This document shows positions 9,209 through 20,396 of a DNA stretch of 64,000 nucleotides, piece after piece (positions within the stretch are counted from its first letter, which is position 1; every line of letters begins with the position of its first letter). The notes under the pieces were generated by a model. It did not search any database and was not told the DNA's origin. It was given only the letters and a program-made list of their open reading frames with translations. Source of the DNA: Macrostomum hystrix (taxonomy: Eukaryota; Animalia; Platyhelminthes); NCBI GenBank assembly GCA_950097015.1, contig CATNEN010000008.1, forward strand, positions 1,984,001 through 2,048,000. The letters run 5' to 3'. The translations under genes were made by a program, and so were the position numbers.

Positions 9209-12200
9209 AATACTCCAGAGTACTGTTCGAGCATTGCCATCAGCGAGTTGAGCGCAGATGTGTTCAGAGATCTGCCAACCGCTCAGCGATTTGCCTTGGA
9301 CATTGGCGGCTCCCTCTCTAAGATTGCGTATCAGAGTAAGAGAAAGTGGCGAAAATCGTTCGTCATTTATGATGACAGTGCTGGCGCAGATTCGCACCTG
9401 TATAGTACACAGGAGCTGGAAAAGGAGGCCGACTGTTTGCACTTTATTAAGTTTGAGACGCGACTGCTGGAGAACTGCTTGGACTTCATCTATGAGAATC
9501 TTAAGGTGCGCGGACACCCTCGATCCTAGCAAGCAATTTCTTATTAGATCCCTTCATGTCGAAGCGTCGTACAATGAGATTTATTCGTGTCGAAACATCC
9601 AGCCTCCGTGATTCTTTTATGTGGAAACATCCAGCCTCCGTGATTCTTTTATGTGGAAACATCCAGCCTCCGTGATTCTTTTATGTGGAAACATCCAGCC
9701 TCCGTGATTCTTTTATGTGGAAACATCCAGCCTCCATGATTCCTTTATGTGGAAACATCTAGCCTCCATGATTCCTTTATGTGGAAACATCCAGCCTCCG
9801 TGATTCTTTTATGTGGAAACATCCAGCCTCCGTGATTCTTTTATGTGGAAACATCCAGCCTCCGTGATTCTTTTATGTGGAAACATCCAGCCTCCGTGAT
9901 TCTTTTATGTGGAAACATCCAGCCTCCATGATTCCTTTATGTGGAAACATCCAGCCTCCGTGATTCCTTTATGTGGAAACATCCAGCCTCCATGATTCCT
10001 TTATGTGGAAACATCCAGCCTCCATGATTCTTTTATGTGGAAACATCCAGCCTCCGTGATTCTTTTATGTGGAAACATCCAGCCTCCATGATTCCTTTAT
10101 GTGGAAACATCCAGCCTCCATGATTCCTTTATGTGGAAACATCCAGCCTCCATGATTCCTTTATGTGGAAACATCCAGCCTCCATGATTCCTTTATGTGG
10201 AAACATCCAGCCTCCATGATTCCTTTATGTGGAAACATCCAGCCTCCATGATTCCTTTATGTGGAAACATCCAGCCTCCATGATTCATTTATGTCGAAAC
10301 ATCCAGCCTCCGAGATCGTAATCTCATAGCTTCCGTCCCCAGAGATTCATTTGTCGAAACATTCATCCTCTCGAGTCTCGAATCCTCACGCAGCCCTCCG
10401 TACTCACGCAGGGATCAGACGGCAGCGGCCTTGAGGTTCTGCGCAAGTCGCCACTTCGAGTTACAGGCGGAGGCGCCTATAAATACAGAGCGGCCATCGA
10501 AGCCAAGCTGGGCTGTATTGTTGAAAAGGAAGACGAAATGGCCTGCTTAGTGCGCGGCTGCGCTTTTATGCTCAAGCACATACCTGGCGAGTTGTTCTCT
10601 TATGACCACGACAGCAGTCCACCGTGCTGCTTCGCAGACGAGTTGACAGACGGCGCGGAGCCATTCCTATTGGTTAATATCGGATCCGGAGTGTCTATGC
10701 TCAAGGTAATTGAGCAAATTTTTTAATTAAAATTTGTCAAAGAACACAATTTAGTATTTTGTTTTATTTTAGGTGGAGAATGAGACTACATTCAGTCGCA
10801 TTGGCGGCACATCGTTAGGCGGCGGCACCTTCTGGGGCCTCGGCTCCTTATTAGCTGGCACGTCTGATTTTGACGAACTGTTAGAAGTGGCGTCGCAGGG
10901 CGATCATCGCAATGTCGACATGCTTGTTGGCGACATCTATGGTGACGTCAGTGCGGGAAGTGTTCACGGTCTCTCATCTGACATTATCGCATCATCGTTT
11001 GGCAAAGCTATGAAGTGAGAATTCCTCATTTCTCATGTTGTTCTGCTTCTCTACTATCTCACATATGACTGCAAAGATAGGAGTTTCAAGCTGTCTTCCC
11101 TAATGGAGCTTTGTTTTATACTCATAACCTTGCGACTATAGCAGCGTTGTACATTCGGGAGAGCTTATTATTGAGTATACTTATTCGCCTCATGTGGAGT
11201 CGAGTGGGGGTGAGTGGCAGAGCGGTTAACGCGTTTGCCTCTCGCACCACGGTCCCTGAGCTCGATTCTGTGGCATGGCCACATTTATTTGGGGTGCAGC
11301 CACAGAGAAAAGACTAAGGGGCTTGTCGTGCAATTTACACCCTTGAGATGAGAAAGTCAGGGCAGATGTGCACACCTGTGTGAGCGTATGCCTGCGTACA
11401 GTATCTGTACGCGTGTGTGCTCAGGAGTCAGCGATGATGTGCCACTGCCCGCTGCCCTCCTGCAAATATAAATTAATTATTTTCCTGTGGAGTCGAGAAT
11501 CGAACCCCCGACCTTCAAGTCGTGAGTCGGACGCTCTAACCTCTAGGCTACAATTCCTTCGAATATATACGACGGCAACGAAAAAACGCGCATTCCCAGA
11601 TCCGACTCCAAGGATTTCTCAAAGCCGGACCTGCTGCGCAGCCTTTTAATCACCGTCAGTAACAACATCGGCCAGTTGGCATTCCTCTATGCTAGCAAGC
11701 ACAAATTGAAGCGCATCGTGTTTGCCGGCTTCTTTATTCGCGGCCACCTGCTCACAATGCGCACGCTAACCTATGGCGTTAATTTCTGGTCTCGCGGCAG
11801 CGTTAAAGCCTATTTCCTGCGTCACGAAGGCTACCTGGGCGCCATCGGCGCCTTCGTGCGCGGCGTCGAAAAGGACAGGCGAACCGGCGTCCTAACTGGC
11901 TCGTGGGCTGAGAATCTGTGCACAAGCAGCTCTTTCGATGTTAAAAGCTGGCACAGCCTTGCCGCTTTGGAATTGGACAAAAGAAAAGAGTTGACGGACT
12001 TTCCTCTTCTGCGAGATCGACTAGACTATGCGCCGGACACGTGGGATTTAAGTCAGGTGCGATGCCGAGCTGCTGGTTGTCCCACATCCCGAGATCCCTC
12101 TACACTTTTCTTCCTTCCAAATCCCCTATCTGGCCTTTACTAATCTCCCAAATCATTTAGATCCATTCTATGGCCTCAACCGCTCTCCAAAATCCCTTCG

Positions 12201-14013
12201 ATCCGTTCTATGGCCTCAACCGCTCTCCAAAATCCCTTAGATCCATTCTATGGCCTCAACCTATCTCCCAAATCCCTTCGATCCATTCTATGGCCTTAAC
12301 CACTCTTTCAAATCCCTAACTTTCACTCTTCTCCCAAGTCCCGTAGATCCCTCAGCCGACCTTCAGTTATTTCCTATGTCACTCAGATTCCACTTTAAAC
12401 TTTCATTTATGCTCCCTAATCCCATAAAACCCGAAATATTATTCCCCCATCCCTCAGGACTGGGCGGCCCGAGAGTATTGGCTAAACTGCTTCGAAGGCT
12501 CCATCAATAGGCACCAGAGCCGCGCGGTTGCCAGCCAGCCGGACAGTCCGAGTGCCGCGGAGAGAGGCGAAGCCTTCCGCTCGGCTTATCAGAACTTTTT
12601 TAAAGAGGCAAGAGCCAATCCGGTGGCGTTTGGCCAGCTCACAGTTCGGCGGATACTGGATGTACAGGTTGGCACTGGCTTTGCGATGGGATCATTTGGG
12701 TAGCATCCTCATTCGGGATAATTGTGATATTCAGTATCATGGGATTTTTTCAATAATGTATTTTTCAAAATTTTCCCGAATTTTTGTTAACAACGCGGCA
12801 GGATTTTGCAACCCTCAGGAGCACTGTTTGCGCGAGTCCGGCTTCCCGGATCCCTATTGGGAATTGAAGCGGGAGGAGAACGAACTCGCCCTGAATGGTC
12901 TGCAGGCTCGGCTGACCTGCCTGGCGGCCCTGCCTGTGGAGGAGCTGCCCGCCGCTTTGATCTGCGGCCTCCTCGGCGGCAACGTGTTCGACTGGGGCGC
13001 CGGCCGGGTGGCGCAGCTGCTGGCCGAGCGGGGTCGCGACTTCGGCCTAGACCAAGCAATGCAGCAGCTGCAGCCGCGGCCGTGGCTTGTTGACGATCTG
13101 GACGCTTGGACTGATCGATTGTTGGCCGGTGTCTACCGGTGCGCCGTGGTGTTCGTTGACAACAGCGGCTTCGACCTGCTGCTCGGCGTGCTGCCCTTTG
13201 CCATCGACCTACTGGACCGCGGCGTCAAGGTTTGCTTGCGTCAGCTCTGCACCCGAGATCCAATCTGCAAGCTGCACCCCAGATCCAATCTGCAAGCTGC
13301 ACCCCAGATCCAATCTGCAAGCTGCACCCCAGATCCAATCTGCAAGCTGCACCCCAGATCCAATCTGCAAACTGCACCCCAGATCCAATCTGCAAGCTGC
13401 ACCCCAGATCCAATCTGCAAGCTGCACCCCAGATCCAATCTGCAAGCTGCACCCCAGATCCAATCTGCAAACTGCACCCCAGATCCAATCTGCAAGCTGC
13501 ACCCCAGATCCAATCTGCAAACTGCACCCCAGATCCAATCTGCAAACTGCCGTGATCGATTCTCCTAAGGTACACAGACGCTAATCTGTCAAATCATGTC
13601 CCATCGCACCCCAGGTAATACTCGCTGCTAATCACGGCCCAGCCCTCAATGACGTCACCATCTTTGAGTTGCGCGCCCTTATGCGCCGAGTGGCCAGTTT
13701 CGTGCCGCTCGTAGCCGAAGCCCTGACCGGCGGACGCCTCCTGCTGGCCGGAACTGGCAGCTCCTCGCCCTGTCTGGACCTTCGCTGCGTCAGCGTCGAA
13801 GTGGCCGACGCCTGTCGTAGAGAAAACGTTGACCTAGTCGTTATCGAAGGCATGGGAAGAGCTGTACACACTAATCTGTACGCCAAGTTCTCTTGCGACT
13901 GTCTCAAACTGGCCGTTCTCAAGAATGCCTGGCTGGCTGATCGGCTTGGAGGCGACCTGTTTAGCGTCATCTGCAGCTTCGAGCCAGCATCGGCCCCTGC
14001 TACACATAGTTGA
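9209..14013 (+). CDS. PANK4: Pantothenate kinase 4 (type II PanK domain + C-terminal DUF89/ARMT1-like phosphatase domain); start codon unresolved
   Basis: Phase-consistent GT-AG exons 9209-9505, 10412-10705, 10773-11014, 11600-12056, 12458-12667, 12819-13229, 13615-14013 (770 codons). Motifs: [89 protein letters not shown]. In-frame TGA at 9203 lies upstream of acceptor ttgacag, so a short first exon is missing from this model. Confidence 0.96.
9591..10312. repeat. 32-bp minisatellite (ggaaacatccagcctccgtgattcttttatgt), ~22 copies, PANK4 intron 1
   Basis: Direct tandem units with g/a and t/c variants. Confidence 0.97.
11205..11485 (+). mobile_element. SINE family A copy (internally deleted) in PANK4 intron 3
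   Basis: Full head gggggtgagtggcagagcggttaacgcg...gagctcgattc. 12-bp TSD tgtggagtcgag at 11193-11204 and 11486-11497. Confidence 0.88.
11486..11553 (-). mobile_element. SINE family B tRNA-like head only
   Basis: Reverse complement matches the head of the 63060 element (gtagcctag...gtccgactcacgacttgaaggtcgggggttcgattc). Confidence 0.85.
12139..12310. repeat. 40-bp minisatellite, ~4 copies, PANK4 intron 4
   Basis: ctctccaaaatcccttcgatccattctatggcctcaaccg-type units. Confidence 0.85.
13247..13550. repeat. 25-bp minisatellite (gctgcaccccagatccaatctgcaa), ~12 copies, PANK4 intron 6
   Basis: Direct tandem units; they generate the spurious overlapping ORFs at 13087-13584. Confidence 0.97.
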
Positions 14014-14314
14014 TCCATTATATCAACTTGGACCCGATATACCACTTGACACGGTTTAACTTTTGTTAACATACTGATTGAGGTGTTAATTCCCTTTACT
14101 TATTTCAAGTATGTACTGCGTGTCCATTCTCATCTGCAATTCATTTTAACTGGATTTTCTGATTTAATTATAGAATTTTTTCTCTTCTCTACTTTTTATT
14201 TGATTTCTATACCTTGGTTTATCTCCAGGCTTGGGTAGGCTTAACTACTTAGGCTTAAACTTAAACTATACTGGCGTAATACATATTAAGGCCTTTGTCT
14301 TGATGCTTCAGATT

Positions 14315-15685
14315 ATCCTGGTGTCATTGCTGATGCCTGTGAAGTGGCATCCTGGTGTCATTGCTGATGCCTGTGAAGTGGCATCCTGGTGTCATTGCTG
14401 ATGCCTGTGAAGTGTGACATCCTGGTGTCATTGCTGATGCCTGTGAAGTGTGACATCCTGGTGTCATTGTTGATGCCTGTGAAGTGTGACATCCTGGTGT
14501 CATTGTTGATGCCTGTGAAGTGTGACATCCTGGTGTCATTGTTGATGCCTGTGAAGTGTGACATCCTGGTGTCATTGTTGATGCCTGTGAATTGTGACAT
14601 CCTGGTGTCATTGTTGATGCCTGTGAATTGTGACATCCTGGTGTCATTTTTGATGCCTGTGAAGTGTGACATCCTGGTGTCATTGCTGATGCCTGTGAAG
14701 TGTGACATCCTGGTGTCATTGTTGATGCCTGTGAAGTGTGACATCCTGGTGTCATTGTTGATGCCTGTGAAGTGGCATCCTGGTGTCATTGTTGATGCCT
14801 GTGAAGTGTGACATCCTGGTGTCATTGTTGATGCCTGTGAAGTGGCATCCTGGTGTCATTGTTGATGCCTGTGAAGTGGCATCCTAGAGTCATTTTTGAT
14901 GCCGGTGAAGTGTGACATCCTGGTGTCATTGTTGATGCCTGTGAAGTGGCATCCTGGTGTCATTGTTGATGCCTGTGAAGTGTGACATCCTGGTGTCATT
15001 GTTGATGCCTGTGAAGTGGCATCCTGGTGTCATTGTTGATGCCTGTGAAGTGGCATCCTAGAGTCATTTTTGATGCCGGTGAAGTGTGACATCCTGGTGT
15101 CATTGTTGATGCCTGTGAAGTGTGACATCCTGGTGTCATTGTTGATGCCTGTGAAGTGGCATCCTGGTGTCATTGTTGATGCCTGTGAAGTGGCATCCTA
15201 GAGTCATTTTTGATGCCGGTGAAGTGTGACATCCTGGTGTCATTGTTGATGCCTGTGAAGTGGCATCCTGGTGTCATTGTTGATGCCTGTGAAGTGTGAC
15301 ATCCTGGTGTCATTGTTGATGCCTGTGAAGTGGCATCCTGGTGTCATTGTTGATGCCTGTGAAGTGTGACATCCTGGTGTCATTGTTGATGCCTGTGAAG
15401 TGGCATCCTGGTGTCATTGTTGATGCCTGTGAAGTGTGACATCCTGGTGTCATTGTTGATGCCTGTGAAGTGGCATCCTGGTGTCATTGTTGATGCCTGT
15501 GAAGTGGCATCCTAGAGTCATTTTTGATGCCTGTGAAGTGTGCAATCCTGGTGTCATTGTTCATGCCTGTGAAGTGTGACATCCTGGTGTCATTTTTGAT
15601 GCCGGTGAAGTGTGACATCCTGGTGTCATTGTTGATGCCTGTGAAGTGTGACATCCTGGTGTCATTGTTGATGCCTGTGAAGTGA
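14315..15685. repeat. 34/36-bp mosaic minisatellite (atcctggtgtcattgttgatgcctgtgaagtg[tgac|gc]), ~39 units
   Basis: Interspersed 36-bp, 34-bp and atcctagagtcattttt variant units downstream of the PANK4 stop. Confidence 0.97.
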
Positions 15686-16012
15686 CATTACAATGTCTCT
15701 ATTAATAATCTTGATGTCGTCAGGAAAATGCGCCTGGCTTCAAGCATATTTTATACTATTGTTTACTTAGGTAAATTTTCTTGTTTCATCATGTCATTTC
15801 TGATTGTCTGATTTCTCCCACTACATGTTGATTTGCTGCAGCCGCGTTAAATTTTAGTATTGACATCAGCAAACCAGTTGTAATTAACCTAAGTTGTCAT
15901 TGGTTCCGCAATAATTAGCAAGCATTTGATTACTATATTATCTAAAGTAAATTTCAATGTCTACTTATTATTTCCTTCATAAATATTAATTTAGTTAGAA
16001 ACTCATGTACTG

Positions 16013-16359
16013 GGAGGCAGAGCGGTTAACGCGTTTGCCTCTCGCACCAAGGTGCCTGAGCTCGATTCCACGTCGAGGCCACATTCATTTGGGGCGCAGC
16101 CGCTTGGGGGCTTGTCTTGCAACTCACGCCCTCCTCCAAGGGCCAACCTCCAAGGCACAGTGAGAGTGTACACTGCTTGACGATGAGAAAGCCAGGGCAG
16201 ATGTACAAACCTGTTTGAGCGTATGTCTGCGTACAGTATCTGTGCATGTGACTCATCAGGAGTCAGCGGAATGGTCAGAATTGCCTCCTCGCTGGCTGCG
16301 GGTCTAGTGTCACCAAACGATGTGCCATTGCCCGCAGCCCTCCTGCAATTATTATTAAT
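16013..16359 (+). mobile_element. SINE family A, near full length
   Basis: Head ggcagagcggttaacgcg...gagctcgattcc, (ATT) tail. Degenerate TSD aactcatgtactg (16000-16012) / aactcgtgaactg (16360-16372). Confidence 0.88.
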
Positions 16360-16385
16360 AACTCGTGAACTGTCGCGACTTGCAG

Positions 16386-16550
16386 CCGCTGCGAGCCCTG
16401 TTGCCCGGTGGTAGCTCCGCCGCAGCCACCACTTCCTCATCGGCCTCTGTAATTTATGACAGCAGCCTACCCTGGTGTCCAGAATTGCTTGGCGTTGAAC
16501 TGGGCAGCCAGCTTCTATGGCCGAGCTTGGAGTACGAGTCCTTAATTGTT

Positions 16551-16582
<32 letters not shown>

Positions 16583-18065
16583 TATAAGTAAAAAGACCGT
16601 CTTGCTTGTATCCTCGCCGATTTCATGCCGCCTGCCAGCTGGCGCCGCCTCCGCTGAACCTACGGTCCAGTGCAAACTGTGCGGCAGGCAGTTTCGCCAC
16701 AGATACAACCTGCAGAAGCATCACCGGTTGAAGCACACTCCAGCCGGCCTGGATCGACCATTCGAATGCTTAGCCTGCGCCAAGCTGTTTAAAACTCGCC
16801 AGCATTTGCGCAATCACACAGTTGCTAGGCACAGATCGGCGATCGGCGAGGCGACGCGGACTAGGGCCGATTCTCGAGTTCGCCAGTTCCATTGCACAAT
16901 TTGCAAGCGCAGTTTTCGTCTGGACCGTCAGCTTCGGCAGCACCAGCTGCAGCACACGGGCGCCAGGCCGCACCGCTGCTCCGCCTGTCTGGCCGACTTT
17001 GTCACCGCCGCCGGATTGGCCCAGCATAGGCGAGGATTCGGCGAAGATGGGCGCTGCAAGTCAGCGGCTGCTGCTGAATCCGCGCAGGCCGTCCGCGTCC
17101 GCTGCTTCGCCTGCCAGCGGTCTCTGGTTGGTCTGCCCGCTCTGCGGCGACATTTGATTGGCTCGCACTGCTGCGCCGTGGCTGGCGTCTGCCTCGAGTG
17201 CCGCCTGGACTTCTACACTTCCGAGGGTGAGAAACTAGTCATGACCCATTATCTCATCATGACCCAATCTCCCTTTAGGATCCATTCTCGATGAACCATT
17301 CTCTCTTCAAGAACGCATTCTACATTACACATTCTCCCTTTATGACCTATCCTCCCGCCATGACCTATTCCCTGCATGACCCATTCTCCCTTCATGACCC
17401 ATCCTCCAAGACATCCTCCCTTCATGACCCATCCTCCAAGACACATCCTCCCTTCATGACCCATCCTCCAAGACACATCCTCCCTTCATGACCCACTCTC
17501 TCCTTAAAAGCCATCCTCCCTAGTTGTCTAATATCTTGGGAAATGGCTACGCACTCGCTCTTGCTGTTTTCCCGCAGACCTGCAGCTGCACATGCTAGCC
17601 AGCCACACCAGATCCATTGCCCTAAGATCTGGCGGATCCAGTGTCCTACTGCGCCGCTGCCGCCTTTGCTCTCCGTCCTCGGACTCCGTCTTCCATTCCG
17701 AGGAGGCGCCCCTACTGCGTCACCTGACCTCCGAGCTGCACTGCTCGCGGCCCAGCTGGCGCTGCGGTATCTGTCCGGGCCGTTTCTCTGATCACCAAGC
17801 CGCTCGGAGACATCTGATTGGCCACCTGGCTGGCAAGAAGGTGCACCTGTGTCCTGGCGGATGCGCCAGATTGTTTGTGACCAGATCCACTGCTAGAAGA
17901 CATTTCGCCAGCGGCAGGTGTCTAGGAGTTGATGCTGCCGCTGCTGCTGCTGCTGTTTCACCTGCCGGCTCAACTCAGTCAGTGTTTGGACCGCCAGTTG
18001 AGTTATGCGACTTGAATCCATTGGATGTGGCCAGCACTGTTGTAGTCCGGACTCAACCATTTTAA
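16386..18065 (+). CDS. C2H2 zinc-finger protein (~9 fingers); 5' exon unresolved
   Basis: Exons ~16386-17226 and 17578-18065. The phase-1 intron joins CLECRLDFYTSE|DLQLHMLASH into one finger. Other fingers include CKLC..HHRLKH, CLAC..HTVARH, CTIC..HQLQH followed by a TGARP linker, and CGIC..HLIGH. Poly-Q tract near the N-terminus. No in-frame ATG in the first visible exon. Confidence 0.88.
17300..17520. repeat. 30-32-bp degenerate minisatellite in the zinc-finger gene intron
   Basis: catgacccatcctccaagacacatcctccctt-type units. Confidence 0.8.
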
Positions 18066-18134
18066 CCTGACCTGCTACAACTGCCCTACCCTCACTGCCC
18101 CCCCGGCACTGAATCACATCATCAACCCACTTGT

Positions 18135-18705
18135 CATCTCCCTCTTTTACGCTATCTCCCTCTTCCATCATCTCCCTCTTCCATCATCTCCCTCTTCCAT
18201 CATCTCCCTCTTCCATCATCTCCCTCTTCCATCATCTCCCTCTTCCATCATCTCCTTCTTCCATCATCTCCCTCTTCCATCATCTCTCTCTTCCATCATC
18301 TCCCTCTTCCATCATCTCCCTCTTCCATCATCTCCCTCTTCCATCATCTCCCTCTTCTTCCATCATCTCCCTCTTCCATCATCTCCCTCTTCCATCATCT
18401 CCCTCTTCTTCCATTATCTCCCTCTTCTTCCATTATCTCCCTCTTCTTCTATTATCTCCCTCTTCTTCCATCATCTCCTTCTTCCATCATCTCCCTCTTC
18501 CATCATCTCTCTCTTCCATCATCTCCCTCTTCCATCATCTCTCTCTTCCATCATCTCCCTCTTCCATCATCTCCCTCTTCTTCCATCATCTCCTTCTTCC
18601 ATCATCTCCCTCTTCCATCATCTCCCTCTTCTTCCATTATCTCCCTCTTCTTCCATTATCTCCCTCTTCTTCTATTATCTCCCTCTTCTTCCATCATCTC
18701 CCTTT
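18135..18705. repeat. 16/19-bp CT-rich minisatellite (ccatcatctccctctt)
   Basis: Tandem units beginning ~70 bp after the zinc-finger stop codon. Confidence 0.93.
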
Positions 18706-19048
18706 TCTGTCTTTCTTAGAAAACAATAGTCTACAATAAAATTAAATTTGGCCAGCTGTTTCTGCTATAACCAGTTAAACCATTGTTGAACATACTTACG
18801 AGCGCGTACTGTCAATTTATCAGTTTACATACATTTTTTCGTTAATATCAAATATCAGTTATTATTATTGAAAAATATTGTGGGAGTCCGGTTTGTACTT
18901 GAACAAGTGTCTCTAAATATAGCGAAATTTAATTACATTTTTTGTTTATAACCATCTACTGATTGATTCATATTAAAAAATCGCTTGCAAATACTTTGAT
19001 TTCCACGGCTGCCTGAGGGGGACTGGGGTCGGGCTGTCTCAAATCACA

Positions 19049-19118
19049 TTCCAGTGTATTCGGAAAACGAACCTCTGACCTTCAAGTCGTGAGTCCGACG
19101 CGCTAACCACTGGTCTAA
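19049..19118 (-). mobile_element. SINE family B head fragment
   Basis: Reverse complement: tagaccagtggttagcgcgtcggactcacgacttgaaggtcagaggttcg. Confidence 0.75.
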
Positions 19119-19164
19119 AAAGCCCTTCAGAATTCAGAGAAAAGCCAAAAACAAACTAAACAGA

Positions 19165-19325
19165 ATTTGATTGATTGACTAATTGAACCTGCCACTATCG
19201 GGCCTGATGTGCAGCCGGCAGCACAGCCGCAGCTATTGCGCGCCGCTTCTGAAGGCTGCGTACGGCTGTTCAGTCCATGAACTGGGGAGGACTCCAAACA
19301 AACACTCAATTACCGCAGCTGACGC
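19165..19325 (-). mobile_element. SINE family B 3' body fragment
   Basis: Matches the reverse complement of 63230-63350 (gaacagccgtacgcagccttcag...gctgcacatc...aatcaatt). Confidence 0.8.
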
Positions 19326-19748
19326 TTTTGCTACGATTTCAACAAAATGATTTCTAGCTTATTTTAAGCAGTCCAGATGCTATATATTGAAGTCCTCGAC
19401 TGCTGCGAGTACGTGCACAATTGCGTGTGAAGATTGAGTCGAATGGCTTTATGCTGTAGGCAATCAAGTTTCAATTTGAAGCCTTGGCCATAGACTACGC
19501 AGAGGAGCTGGGCTCTACTCAGCCATTTTTTTTATCAATCATAGTCTATGGCCTCGACCACTTTAACTCGTTGCCTCTCAGCGCTCGCAGCGAAGAGAGT
19601 GCGAGTTTAAGATAGACGAAAGGTCTATCTCTGCCCAGCTCATCGACAGTAAGCGTTTTCATTATCGAAGGAAGCAGCACTGGAGTCGAATTTACAGAAG
19701 TTCAAGGAATACTACATCCATTGTACCAGAGAAGGAAACGAAGAAGCT

Positions 19749-20396
19749 ATGCAGCAGCAATGGGGCTACAACTCGGCTATGGGCTATAACGGCAGTGGAT
19801 CAAGTTGCGGCGGCGTCGGCAGCAGCGCTGGGGAAGTTAAAAGTGGCGGCGGCGGCTCCGACTGCCTGGCGGATCTCAGATTCGCCAGCATGCCGAGCAT
19901 TATGTTCCCCGATCAGCAACAGCAGCAGCAGCGGCAGTTCTACAACCAGGATTATCAGCGCGGAACGATGCGTCAGAACCAGCCGCAAATGAGCCCAGAC
20001 ATGATGGAACCCAACGACCTGACCTGGCTGAGATTTCAGCAGCTACAACGGCAGCAACAGATGCAGGCGAACGCATTGTTGAATGACAGCAACGATGGAG
20101 GCAGTATGTGCTTTCCGAGCTACTGCGGGGCGTCGCAGTCTGGCGGCAGCCCCTTCTACGGCAACATGAATCCGATGGACATGCCCATGCGCCAGTCTTT
20201 ACCATCTGGCGACATGCAGTGCGGCATGGGTTTCGACGGCTTAGGCAGCTCCAAGATGTTCTGTGGATACGTCGGAGACAGAAACGGCAACAGCTGCGGC
20301 GGTGGCTGCAGTGGCGGCATGGCGCACATGCCGATGGACGAGTGCTGCAGCGGTTCGAACCCGTTCCAGCAGTCCGGCCTGCTGCCAGACATCTGA
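19749..20396 (+). CDS. Orphan 215-aa low-complexity Q/G/S/M/N-rich protein
   Basis: Uninterrupted ORF with the GC3-rich codon style of neighbouring exons, followed by AT-rich 3' sequence. A candidate 5'-UTR intron lies at 19649 (gtaagc) to 19697 (tttacag). No recognisable domain. Confidence 0.72.
   Translation: MQQQWGYNSAMGYNGSGSSCGGVGSSAGEVKSGGGGSDCLADLRFASMPSIMFPDQQQQQQRQFYNQDYQRGTMRQNQPQMSPDMMEPNDLTWLRFQQLQRQQQMQANALLNDSNDGGSMCFPSYCGASQSGGSPFYGNMNPMDMPMRQSLPSGDMQCGMGFDGLGSSKMFCGYVGDRNGNSCGGGCSGGMAHMPMDECCSGSNPFQQSGLLPDI

Noticed and set aside
12528-12700. Apparent frameshift in PANK4 exon 5 suggested by the ORF track
   Set aside because: Counting six T's (aac ttt ttt aaa gag) keeps the exon in frame; the track ORF is a different frame running through introns.
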